Below are positions 13,701-25,700 of a stretch of 64,000 nt of DNA, piece after piece; the stretch's first letter is position 1; every line of letters begins with the position of its first letter. The translations under genes and the position numbers were made by a program. A model generated the notes under the pieces. It ran no database searches, was not told where the DNA came from, and saw nothing but the letters and a program-made list of their open reading frames with translations. The DNA lies in contig MNCI01000596.1 of NCBI GenBank assembly GCA_015680685.1, positions 150,603 to 214,602 of the forward strand, given 5' to 3'. Source of the DNA: Gnetum montanum. Lineage: Eukaryota; Plantae; Gnetophyta.

Positions 13701-16700
13701 CAACAATTTTGTAAAGTTCACAAAATAGACATAAGCCCAGGGATACTCTCACTTTTTGCTGGTGGTACCAATCCTCATATAAGGGATCCTTGGCCCTTGT
13801 TGGTAAATCATTATGCCAGTATGCTCCAAAGTATTCTGATTATTTCTAAATTGTCTTAGAAATAACTCTCATCCAAGTCATTTAGGTTTGATAGTGCAAA
13901 GGACGAGTGGAAAGATCCATAAATAAAATTAAGGATTCAACAATCCAAAATCTCAACAACAAATCTTGTCAACGTTGATACTAACATAAAATGATATTCA
14001 AGTAAAAAAAGGAGTAGAGTTGAGATATTGAGATTACCAGCCAATGTTGTCCATCACACATAGCAAGAGAAGGATTCATCTTACCTTCTTGCTTACCAAG
14101 AACAATTAATTACAATATTGTACTGTTGCTGAGCTCAAATTTCCCTTTGAATTGTTGTCTTTTGTAGCAACCACGGTCTTCCCTTGTTGCTAGTCTTTTT
14201 ATTTCAACCATAACTTTCTTATGTTGGTGTTCATTTATTGTTTCAGCTACAATTTTCTTTTGTTGTTTTTCTCTTTTAGTGATCGTCTTGTTGTTGTTGT
14301 TGTTTATTTGTTGCCTTTGCTACAATCTCTATTGTTGTTGTTCATAATCTTGTTTAGCCACAATTATTTTTTTTGTTGTTCATTTGTTTTTCTAGCTACA
14401 TCTCCTTTTGTTGTTGTTTATTTCTAGCCACCTTCCTTGTGATTGAGCTCTCTTTCTTTTTCTAATATGCATACACACACTCTTTTTTTTCTTCATTTTT
14501 CTCTTCCCTCTCTCCTGTCCTTGTGATTGAGCTCTTTTTTTTTTCTAATATGCATACAAACACTATTTTTTTCTTCATTTTTCTCTTCCCTCTCTCCTCT
14601 CTTCATAATTGGTAGTGGAATTCAAGAGATGATGGGTTGCTTCTTGTAACTAATTCTTGATTGAAAGTTATTTTGCTTCTCTTTTTTTTAAAAAATAAAA
14701 CCTTTTTCCACATCACCTAGTCATGTCTTCAGTTCTTTCTATAATCACTCTTAAAAAGTAATAAAAGTATATTCTAATAGGTTGTAGGTTCAATTCTCTT
14801 AGTTGCAACTTTCAATATTTTGAAATTCTAATTCTGCCAAGTCTCAAGTTCAATTCCTCTTGATCTCACATAGCAGAAAACTGATAAGCATAAAATATTA
14901 AAACATGATATCTACCTCTGTTCCTTCTTTCTTCAACATGTCACATCTAAATTTATCTGCAACATTTCTAGCAATATTTCCTCTTAGAAATTAAGTCATA
15001 AGGTGCAATGGAAGAGATTTTAAAATGGGAATATGAAAAAGTGCAAGTCCAAGACATAAAATCAAGTAAAATGACTTCTCTTTCAAGCCATTAGCAGTGC
15101 AAGAGTTTCCATTTTATGTTTATAATTGATTATCCCATTGTCTTATAATGCCTTGAAAGGTCATCACAAGACCTTTTTACAGCCATGGAGGGGTTACTTA
15201 TATTCTATTAACTGATGAAACTCTAAAGAACAATGCATCAACAACATACACAACATTCCACATTTTCATAATTTAAAATAAAACAAAATAATACAGCTAT
15301 AATATACACAATATTCCTGAATCATAGGTCAGGTTTCTTTCACTTGATTCATTGGTCAAGTTCTTCAGCAACATGTGCATATTTATGTATATTTAAAAGA
15401 ATTATTCATACCAAGCAAAACACACCTCTTTCAACCCTTGAAGGATAACATAGAGAATCTTTGTTTCTTTTTTCTTTTTTTTTCCAAATCTGATTGCTAA
15501 ATAATTAGAATTTGCATGGTAGCTCTTAGAGATAACATACCAAAAATGTATATGACCACACACCTAAGCAAGGACATGAGAGACCCGCACTGATACATAT
15601 ATATAGATATATATATATAGAAATATTCTAAATAGTTTAAGAAATCATTTCATAGCACGCAGGTCATGCAACACAAAAATAAAAATAAAAATAAAGGCAT
15701 AATAGTAGCAACCTCCTAAATAATGCAACATTTCAGCTTCATTTCTACTTAGCATTCCTTTTGTTTATTCCATTAATATGTGCTAAATCAATGGGTAGTA
15801 CATATTTAGCACTTTGAATATAGCAATACACACAATACATTAGTACAACTTAGATCAATCATAAGGAAGAATAATTGGTCATTCAAGCAATTAGTAATAT
15901 AAGTACATTAGCAATACTCTAAATCTATCACAGGTATAAAATTATAGATAGTTTTTTAAATCAACGCTATCCACACACATCATCATAACAAAGTAGACTC
16001 ACACATAGTGTGGCAAACTTTAAGATAAAAATCCAAGAAAGTTGGGTTGTTACCAAATAAGTCCCAGAACATAGAGGGCCTCAAGGCCTAGGACCTCTAG
16101 CAGATCTAGAAAAGACAAACCAAGGGACCATAGGGGGAGACACAAAAGCCATGGTTGTTCTCCTAGTTCATCATTTTCCTCTTCCTCTTCATCATTAGCT
16201 TTGATGAAGATGAATGTAGGCATGGAGATAGAGCTCCATGAAGGGATCAAAGCAGACAACCTGGTGATCGTCATAGGAGAAATCTAGATGATCATAACAA
16301 GAGGAACCATGGTAAACATCCTAGTAGGGATCAAGATGGAGATAGCATTAGAGACCAATGGTAGGATAGAAGGCACCAAAGGGAGCATAGTCGAGATCAT
16401 CATAATTGGGCAGCTAGAAATAGAGATTATGAACATGACATGTTAGATGATGATGAATCCTTGTTAGCTACTAGTAGTATGGCCCAGATTAGGGAAGCAA
16501 TAAGAATACGCCATAGGCATTAAAGGGAAAGCCACATCAAACAACTTGATATCAATAACATTACTAAATTTGAGGGAGGCTACAATTTTAATTTCCAACA
16601 TCATTTACAAGTCTTCCATGATGTTTGTGCTTTGCAAAATATTAAAATTAAGTGGCAAAAGCTTAGTTGTTCCCTAGGACACTAATAGAAGAAGTTGAAA

Positions 16701-19700
16701 GGTGGTACAGATCATTGGAACCAGATTCATTCCATTGGTGTTTTACAATGCTTGAGCTTTGCAAGTGGATAATAGTGCTAGTAGTTTTGAGTGCAAGCCT
16801 CAAAAACACCCTTTCTTCAAGGCGGTCCTTACACCTATGAATAAAACTAGTAGACCTACTGGCCCATTAGAACTAGCAGAAGGCCCATATGGTGCAACCC
16901 TCTTTCTCACAAAAATGTCTTCTAATCCTCTGCAAAAGCCAACAACCATCACCACTCTAGAACAAGACATAATAATTGTCATGCTCACTCATGCTTGGAG
17001 TGATTGGATTAAGGTATGATCTCTTTTCAAAAAGAAGACAAATCTAGGGAGTCCCTTATTTATTTGCAGGTTGAAGGAAATCTATGATGCAAACTCTATG
17101 AGACTTGGTTTAGGCATGAATTTGATATGACAAGAAATGTACAAAGCTTGGAATTTGTCACCACTTAAGAAATGCAACATCAAGTTAGAGAATGTAGATC
17201 AATCCATCACTGTTTCCTTGGAAAGGGTTGATGATGCGATGAACACTGTTGGTGGATGGTCATATCCAATAGATTTCCTCATGGTCACTGTGAAAAATGA
17301 GTGAATTTCCAATCATCATAGGAAGAGCTTGGTTTAGCATCATTGATGCTAAGCTAGGGATTTGAGACCTTTGGTTGGAAATTGTCAAAGAGGATGAACA
17401 TGGTAGGGTGAAGAAGCAGAAAATTCCATGCATTACTTATGATGATAAAGGGTGCAATTGTGGGCTGAAAGTTTAAAGTGTTAACACAATCACTATAGTA
17501 GTCCACAACAAATTTGAAGGAAAAGTGTGTGCACAAAAGCATTTTTGCACAATAGACACCAAATCAAAAGACACCCTATGGCTAGAAAATGGAAGTGCCA
17601 CACTATTTAAAAGATTCATGGAAACATCCAACCCACTTGTTAACTTGTATCCTAAGAAAATAAACCAAACAAAGAACTTAGAAAAGGACATCTCACACCT
17701 TGACGATACATTAGAAGAAAGTGTTGAACTAGGAGACCTACATATTAAAGTAGAAAATAGAAAATAAAAAAGAAACATATTTAGACCCTCTAAAATAGAA
17801 ATACCTTATAGTCCAATAGGATATGTGTATCCAATTGATCAAAACTTGATTATCATCAATGTTAAATGAGCTAAAAATTGAAAATGTAAGCCACTAAAGA
17901 TGATAAATGGGAAACCTACGATGTATGAGCCAAGGAATGTGTAATCCATTTTCTAAATGCTTGCTCATGAGTTTAGCTGTGGGGGAGATGCTTCATCTTG
18001 AATCAAGAATTGATAAGTGCATTTTCACTTTTTGTTTTACAAATTTTTTTAATGATTTTTCTATTTTTGATATTTTTTCAATTTTTTGTTGTTTTCCTAT
18101 TTCTTGAAAATTTTCCAATTCTTAATACGTTTTCAATTTCTCGTCATTTTTCCTTTCTTTATAAATTTGTATTTTCTTGAGTTATTTTCTTTATGCTTTG
18201 CAGATTTTTCCTATGTTTTTGTTAATAATATTGCTATTCAAGATGTAGAAATCAACACTGCTTGTTAGGCTTTTGTCCTATGCTATCGAGATGTTGGTAA
18301 GGCTTTTGTACTATGCTATCGAGATGTTGGTAAGTAGTTGTGTAAAGTAGTGAGACCACATCATCTATCCCTCCAGTCTATATAAACAAGAGGTCTTGAT
18401 CATGAAAGTAATGTGGTTCTTCTCACATGAAACTAAAATTAACTCATCATCATTATGCCTTAAAGAAAGGGGGAAGGACCAAGAGGGAATGGAAAAGGGT
18501 GTGACATCTAGGGGATTTGTTAAATTTTTGGATTTTTTCTATGGGTCTTGCTACTCCATGTGCTTATACCATTACTTATATTTTAATTTTGATGAAAACA
18601 TGTTCTCTAATAAGGGTTGACTTACTATGTAATGGGAAGGACAACTTACCTATGCTTGAAGGTAGTTCTTTAACAAGGTTGACATAATAATTAATTAATT
18701 CACATCAGAAATAAGTTTTGGGATACCATTGAACAAACATATTACCTATGGTTGAAAGTAGGCTATTTCTAGGAATTTGAAGGTCTCTTGGACTAGTTTC
18801 GTTATGTAACTAGAAAGACTTGCTATCCATGCTTGAAGATACCTTTCTAACCAATGGCAAAGAATCTTTAATTTAATGTTTAAGTGATTAATTAATTAAT
18901 TAATTGCTTCCTTGTTTTCTTTTGTTGAGTGACGGTGTTTTCATATGGTTGTGGTTGGTCTCATGGTGGTAAGTTTGGCATGATGCAATGCAATGTCAGT
19001 GGCAAAGGTATGGACTTGGACTAAAATTTGGATAGATAGGTATGATGGTCGGTTGAACCACAATTGACACAAGAACCTATTGTAGACATGGTAAGGTACC
19101 TTATGTCTTAATCTCTGCAATCCCATCTCATTTCCATTTTTCACCTTACTTCTGCATGTGATTATGTGCTTAATGGTTTGTATAGTATAGTGTAGGATCC
19201 AACTAAGATAGTTATGTGTTGTTTGGAACAAAGGCATGATTTGCATTTAACTTTTATGCTGATCACAAACCTTTATAGAAGTGGTTATGCAAGGGCATTA
19301 TGGTAGAAGTTTGCTCTAGGGAGGACCTACTTGCATGGTTTTTGTTGATCATGACTCTAAACCAATCTCACGTCTTCAATGACATCATGGACAACTTCTC
19401 TAAATTCATGCATAATATTGGGACCTACTTCTCATCACTTTAGACTAAATTTTAATGTTTTTATATGGAAATTTTCTTCAAATTTCCAATGTTTTGGCCA
19501 TTTCAAAACCCAAAATATCTAATCCTTTTGATTTCTTGGCGATATCTTGGGAACTAGACCTTTGATTTCACTTGTTTGAAAACATGTGAGCTCCTGAAGA
19601 TGAGCTCATTTGTTATGAGGGTTAAGGGCACGAATTTTGAAAATTTTTCTAACACCCCATTTTCAAACATTAAGGTAACTAATAGTTAAAATAATTGATC

Positions 19701-22700
19701 AAAATGACTTAAAACTTGACGATTCTACTTACCCTAGAGCCCTAGAAATGTTATTTCACAATCACGTTGAGCCTAAATGCTGAATTCTTCAAATTTTGAG
19801 CTAACCAAGAATTTGGAAAGGGTTTAAACACTAAGGGAAATTGTTAAAACCAATGTTGATCCTTTGGTGATTGCAAATGATGTCTACATGAGTCCTTAAG
19901 GTTGAAGGTTTTTTGCAATGCAAATAAAAGAGGCCAAAAGGAGGACAGAGGAGGACATGCCCATGAACAAGTAGTAGATACATAAATTAAAACTCAAGCA
20001 TTACATGTTCGCCACCTAGAAACCCATGGGTCAATGAGGAGACATTTCAGTCTATTCTTCAAAAGTTCTGCAAAGGAAGTGCCAACATAACAACCAAGGT
20101 TGGAAGAACCACCATTGCTAGAAATAATAGACTTGTTATCGATGGATTTTTGATGACTATTGCAGTTTTGTAAACTATAATATCTATCCAGTATACATCT
20201 ACTTGAATAAACTCTTGTAATGCAACATTCAGTAATAGTCAAATAGTTGTTTGTCAATCAATCTGTTAGTTGGGTATTATTCCTACAATTTTGTAAACAA
20301 TCTTTGTCCAAATTTTTTATGACTCAAGGATGAGTTTCTAGTTAGTAGAGGGGGCATGATGAACAATAAAAATGTCATTTTATAAGGGCTTAGTTGATGT
20401 TGATGCATCGACATAGCTTTGTTAGCTAAGCCTCTACTGCATTAATTGATCAATCACAAAAAATGCTTATAAATATGGTTTACCTGTCGTGGTTATGCAC
20501 CATTTGGTCATTCCATTAGTGAACCTCTATCAGTTTGATTCTATAGAAGTTTGAATTTTTTCCATCGAGTGTCCTTAACGTGGATTGAATAGATTGTACA
20601 GAGTTTTATTCAAGTGCTTGATGCACTTGGACACATTTGCATGAAGGCAATAAAATCGAGATTTGTTTTGTCCATTGTAACACTTGGCTTAGTATTTAAT
20701 TTCTTTTATTGCAATTTACTTTAAGCATTCCTTTACATTTGATGCATGTAGTTAATTATTTTCCTTCATTGCGCATAAGTAATTCACATGAGTATGTTCA
20801 AGTTTGAGGATAAATGTACTAACACTAGGTAATCTCAACGGTGGATCACTTGGTATGCTTAGTGGTAAAACACTCGGTAACCTAGTAGTGTTGGCACATG
20901 TTCAATATGTGTATGGCAAGTCGGGAACAAATACTCTATGCTTACGCTAGATTAGATTTATTTTTCACACATAGGTTAATCAGATTAATATTTTAATAAT
21001 TTAATGTTTTAAATATTTTAATTATAAAATTAGATCATATGCCTTGATCACACTTAACCACATAACTTGAGCCCACACAAGTGTGATTGGGAAGACAACA
21101 ATAAGCACCTTTGTGCTTGGCTATTTAAAGCATCCAACTAGTCTCCATCCACAAAATTCGACTAGATTGTGTGTGAACACTTATGATTCGTATAGTTAGG
21201 TGTAGGGTTCTTTGCTCATCAATTTAATTAATAGATCCCCTAGTGGACCATCAAATGAAAAAAAATACCGAAGGTTGAATAGAGTGGAAGGCAAATAAGT
21301 TATAACCATCTTAGAGTATTCAGTTGCATTTGCATATGCATATATTCCTAAACAAAATAGATCTAAACTTGAGGATACAACACACAAATGCTATGAAAGT
21401 GATAATAGGGAATACAAATTATGGGATCCAATTACTGAAACAATATTTAGGAGTACAGATGTTTACTTTAATGAAAATGTCATGTATGGACAACTTGAAT
21501 AGTCAACAAAAATAGGTAAAAATTGATACATCTCTATTGTTTCAAGATAACCTTTGCAATAGGTATAGAGGCAACAGCCATCTCAAATGTCAATCCTTGT
21601 GGATGAGGACATAGATGGTAATGAAAGTAGTGATGAGTAAGTACAAGATGATGAAGGTGAGCGCTATGAAGAATGTATTGTTGAAAGATTTACTTGCATT
21701 GCTAGGCCTCCTAACAGGTATTCACCAATTTTACTTGGTGTTCTTTATACTCAAAATGGCTAACCAGAAAATTTTTAGAAAGCTTTGCAAAGTTCAAATT
21801 GGAAACTTTGCAAGTCAACCATGGATGAAGAGATGAATTCACTAAAAAAAAATTAGACTAGGGCATTGGTTCCTCTTCCACCTGGTAAGAAAGCCTTAAC
21901 AAACAAATGGTTGTTTAAAATCAAACTTGAGGCTGACCAATTAGAAAGATACGAAGCTAGGTTGGTGGTAAAGGGGTGTACACAGAGAGGAGTTATTAAT
22001 TTTTCAGAAATTTTCTCTATTATTGTAAAACATGCCTTAATTCAGATAGTATTATCATTGGTAGTTTGTTTAGATTTGGAATTGGAATAACATTTCTGCA
22101 TAGAAATCTAGAAGAAGAGATTTGCATGGAACAACCAAAAGGCTATGCCAATTAGCAATGACCTGATTATGTTTGCAGGTTAAAAAGGAGCATATATGGG
22201 TTGAAAACAAGCATCAAGACAGCGGTATAAGAAGTTTGACATATTTATGTATAAACTACGATTTGTCAGGTTTGAATTTGAAGTTCATCATTGTGTTTAT
22301 TTGAAGGGTAGCATATCAAGTAAAATTACGATCTTTTGTTATATATTGATGATATGTTTGGTTGCTAGTAATTACTTAGTTGAAATCAATAAGTTGAAAA
22401 CTAATATGTCCAAGAAGTTTGAATTAGAGATTTGGGTGTAGCTGTATAAATCTTGGGTATACAAACATGGAAGGATAGAATGCAAAGGAAGTTATAGTTA
22501 AGTCAGGAAAAGTATATCAATAAAGTATTGCATCAATTCAGCATGGTTTTAGTAAAACCTGCAAAGTATTGCATCAATTCAACATGATTTTAGTAAAACC
22601 TGTAAGTACTCCCTTCGCATGATACTTTAAGCTATCCAAGGAAGATTGCGCTAAGATTAACATTTAAAAGAAAGCTATCCCATATTAGTTAGTTGTTGGA

Positions 22701-25700
22701 AGTTTTATCTATGCTATAGTTTGTACAAGACCAGATGTTGCTTATGCACCGAGATATATGAGCAACCTTGGTATGAAACATTTGAATGCTGTTAAGTGGA
22801 TCCTTTGCTATTTAAAAGGGACAAAATCACATTGCTTATGTTTTGATGGTTCTATTTTGGAATTTGTTTGATATATAGATGCAGATAATGGAGGCAATCT
22901 TGACAATAAAAAATCTAGATCAGGATACATCTTTACCTTCAGAGGAGCAGCCATCAGTTGGATTTCGAGGCTACAAAATGTTGTTGCATTATCTTCTACA
23001 GAATCAGAATATTAGTATTGTCAAAGACATGCAAAGAGATTATATGGCTGCAGAGTTTCTTAAATAAGTTGGGCTTGAAACAAAAATCTTATGATTTGTT
23101 ATGAGATAATAAGAGGCCTATATTCTTAGCAAAGAATTCGGTGTCTCATGCAAAAACTAAGCACATTGATGTAAGGTATCATGTCAAAAGACAATCAATT
23201 GAAGAAAAGACTTTGGAAGTGAAGAAGGTGCATACATGTTAAAATGCAGCTGATGTGCTTGCAAAAGTTGTTTCTGTAGAGAAAACAGTGTATTACAACA
23301 TGAAGTTGGGATTGATGTAATAAGGACATTCAAAAGCATAGCAGATCTGACTTCAAGTGGGAGATTCTTGTGATAGTGAAGTAAAATCTCTTCCTTGATT
23401 CTCTCTTTGTGATTTCCAATCAAGAAATTTGTAACTATTACTTCTTGACCATGTTTAAGTCGGTGAGATTGATGAAAAGCAACTAATTGTAATTAATTGT
23501 CAGCGATTGATAGTCAGTTAAGTTAGATTGATCATTATCCTTAATGGTGAGAGATGACTGTTGTAATCTGTTGATTGAATGCCTAAGATTTTTGTGCTGA
23601 AGGCTATTTAAGGGAGAGGGAGAGAGAGGTGAAGGATGTAGCAAGAAAAACCATTTCTTAAGAAGAATAAAATGTACCTACTTTACCATGGTCGTTTCCC
23701 TTCACATTGAAGGGCTTTTGCATGTAAATCTGTCTCTTGTCTTGTGTTTGTCTGCTGTCAACAGTTGTATCAGTGAATTTATTTTTCAGTTTTGGCTTTT
23801 AAGTGCAACAAGGATTCCCAATGTTTGGATTCGCAATGTCACTGAATTCAAAGTATTCCAGCTTGTATTTTCAAGTCTGCATGACCATAGAAAGTAAAAA
23901 TTGCAATATTCTTCAGAAATCCTGTATTACGATTCCATAGCTTGGTTTAGAATGAGGAAACCTAGTTCTTTTAGCATGCGTGTCTGTATCTGTTAAACTA
24001 CTTCAGTTCTGGAATGGCCGCTATTCTAGCAATCTATATTCAATCAAGAGTTTTATGACATGTTTACTGCAAATTCTATTTATCTATTTCATTCTCCATT
24101 TTCTTGCCAGGTGCAAATTCGTATGTTCGAAATAATGTTTCTGTAACTGAGCTACTTCTAAGAGAGGATGTCCATGCCATAGAGATACACACAAATGCTT
24201 GGTATGCCCCACTTCTTTTATACTCTATATGATATGAATGTCTTGATTTTAGTGAACGTTTTCATGGAATGATATATAAAATATTTTCCTTCTAGCCAGA
24301 ACCATTAGAATTAACATCAAGATGTGGTTAGGCATTTAGATTCATTCAGAGAACTGTGGACTAGAATATCTGAAGCTGTGCAGAGGCTGAAGCTTGTAGC
24401 AGTAAGTGTTTTATATCTATAAATCATGAGAACCTTTCTGTTACCTTTTCTCCATGATGGGTTGAGAAGTTCGTGTTAGTTTTCTTTTTACATTTTTTAT
24501 TTCCTAAATGTTGCAAATTTCTCCTAAATATGTTATCCTCATGAATGTTATCCCATGCATTTTGAACTTCCCAAAAATATTATATGATATTTTCCATTTA
24601 CATTTTTGGGTTCGAGTATTATGAATTGCTTTTACTAGTCCAAGATAGTTTTTTGTTTTCTTTCTCATACACTAAGCATTGAACAATTAAATGCTCCTGA
24701 ATGCTGATGATCAAGATATCCAATAGTATGTGAACAAGAAGATAAAATTTATGGGTTAAAATATAAAAAACGACATAGGATTTCCAATACCTTATTACAT
24801 GGTGTGTTCTATATGATAGCAAGAAACACTAAACACTTCTTCACAAAGCTTTTTTTTTCGGGAGGCTTAAATCCTTTGGAAGCGCCTATATAAGGAAGAG
24901 GTGATAGAAGATAAGTGACTAAAGGTTTTGAGAGCACATACTGTTGGTTATAGTGTGAATGTGTTCTCTCATTTACCTTGGTGTGTGGTGTTCTTTCTTT
25001 GTTGTGTCTTTACTTTCATGTTGTAGGTGATGTTAAAGTCATGAGTCAAATAGTTCAGAAGTCATAAAGTTCATGTTGGATCCTTTGCTGTTTAGGGGTT
25101 ATAAGTTTGAATGTTGAAACTTAGGAAGGAGAGCGATGTTAAAAAGGCAAAAGGCCATTAATAGGCCTTCATGAAGAGTTATGCCATTTTGAGCAAAGTT
25201 CTCCCTTCGGGAAAAGTATAAATAGAGGGGCACCCCCTCATTCAATGTCATTGTACTTAAAACATTTTGAAGCAATAGAAAAGCTCTCTTTCCTTTCGTT
25301 GTGTGTGCATGCGCATCCAAGCTCTTTGTGCTGAAGGTTCTTTGAGGGTTTCATCTATCTTCCCTTTCTCTCACTCTCTTAATGGCCATTCTCTCTTGAG
25401 TTGAACCTCTCTCATGGTTCTCACACTCAAGTTCTGTTACATAATTTTTTCAATTACGTCTCAAGTGATTCTCTTGTGCATCTCTCAAGTTCTCTCATGA
25501 ATCTGCTTATACATTGAAGGATTTCTTCCACAAGAACTCTCAATTTAAGATTTCACACAATTCTGTCATTTTTTCATATCACATTTATGTTTGAATTACA
25601 TGTTTATGCATGTTTCTGTATGTTTAGACAAGTATTTAGGTTTCCTTTGCCAAGCATGAGAGGTTCAACTCATTTGGAGCTCTAATTTCCTGTTTCATCT

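Larger units (their letters stand above)
11528..21221 (+). mobile_element. Non-autonomous Athila-like Gypsy element nested in the Copia integrase
   Basis: LTRs 11528-12352 and 20357-21221 (TGATG...CATCA); PBS tggcgctattattgggga (Athila type) 12354; PPT ttagtagagggggca; degenerate TSD agttg/attta splitting host EAVKMAM[Y]L|INRSPS; gag fragment ~16060-16740 and protease (MYKAWNLSPLKKCNIKLE...IIIGRAWF) ~17040-17360; RT/RH/INT absent. Confidence 0.88.
4230..23810 (+). mobile_element. Ty1/Copia LTR retrotransposon (Tork/Tnt1-like), degenerate, in LdpA intron 5; ~4.8 kb after removing nested elements
   Basis: LTRs 4230-4678 and 23366-23810; PBS tagtatcagagc 4681-4692 (iMet type); PPT aagtgggagat before 23366; gag zinc knuckle CWYCLKRCHLRRSC ~10381, protease WIMDFGASFHVCP ~10567, integrase LEFIHFDVVG ~11121, RT KKALTNKWLFKIK..RYEARLVVKG ~21886, RNase H ~22870-23300; many stops and frameshifts. 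Confidence 0.93.

Noticed and set aside
14221-14427. Hydrophobic 'membrane protein' ORFs here and at 33022..33354, 17998..18268, 50029..50247, 55775..56113
   Set aside because: Artifacts of T-rich low-complexity TE sequence.
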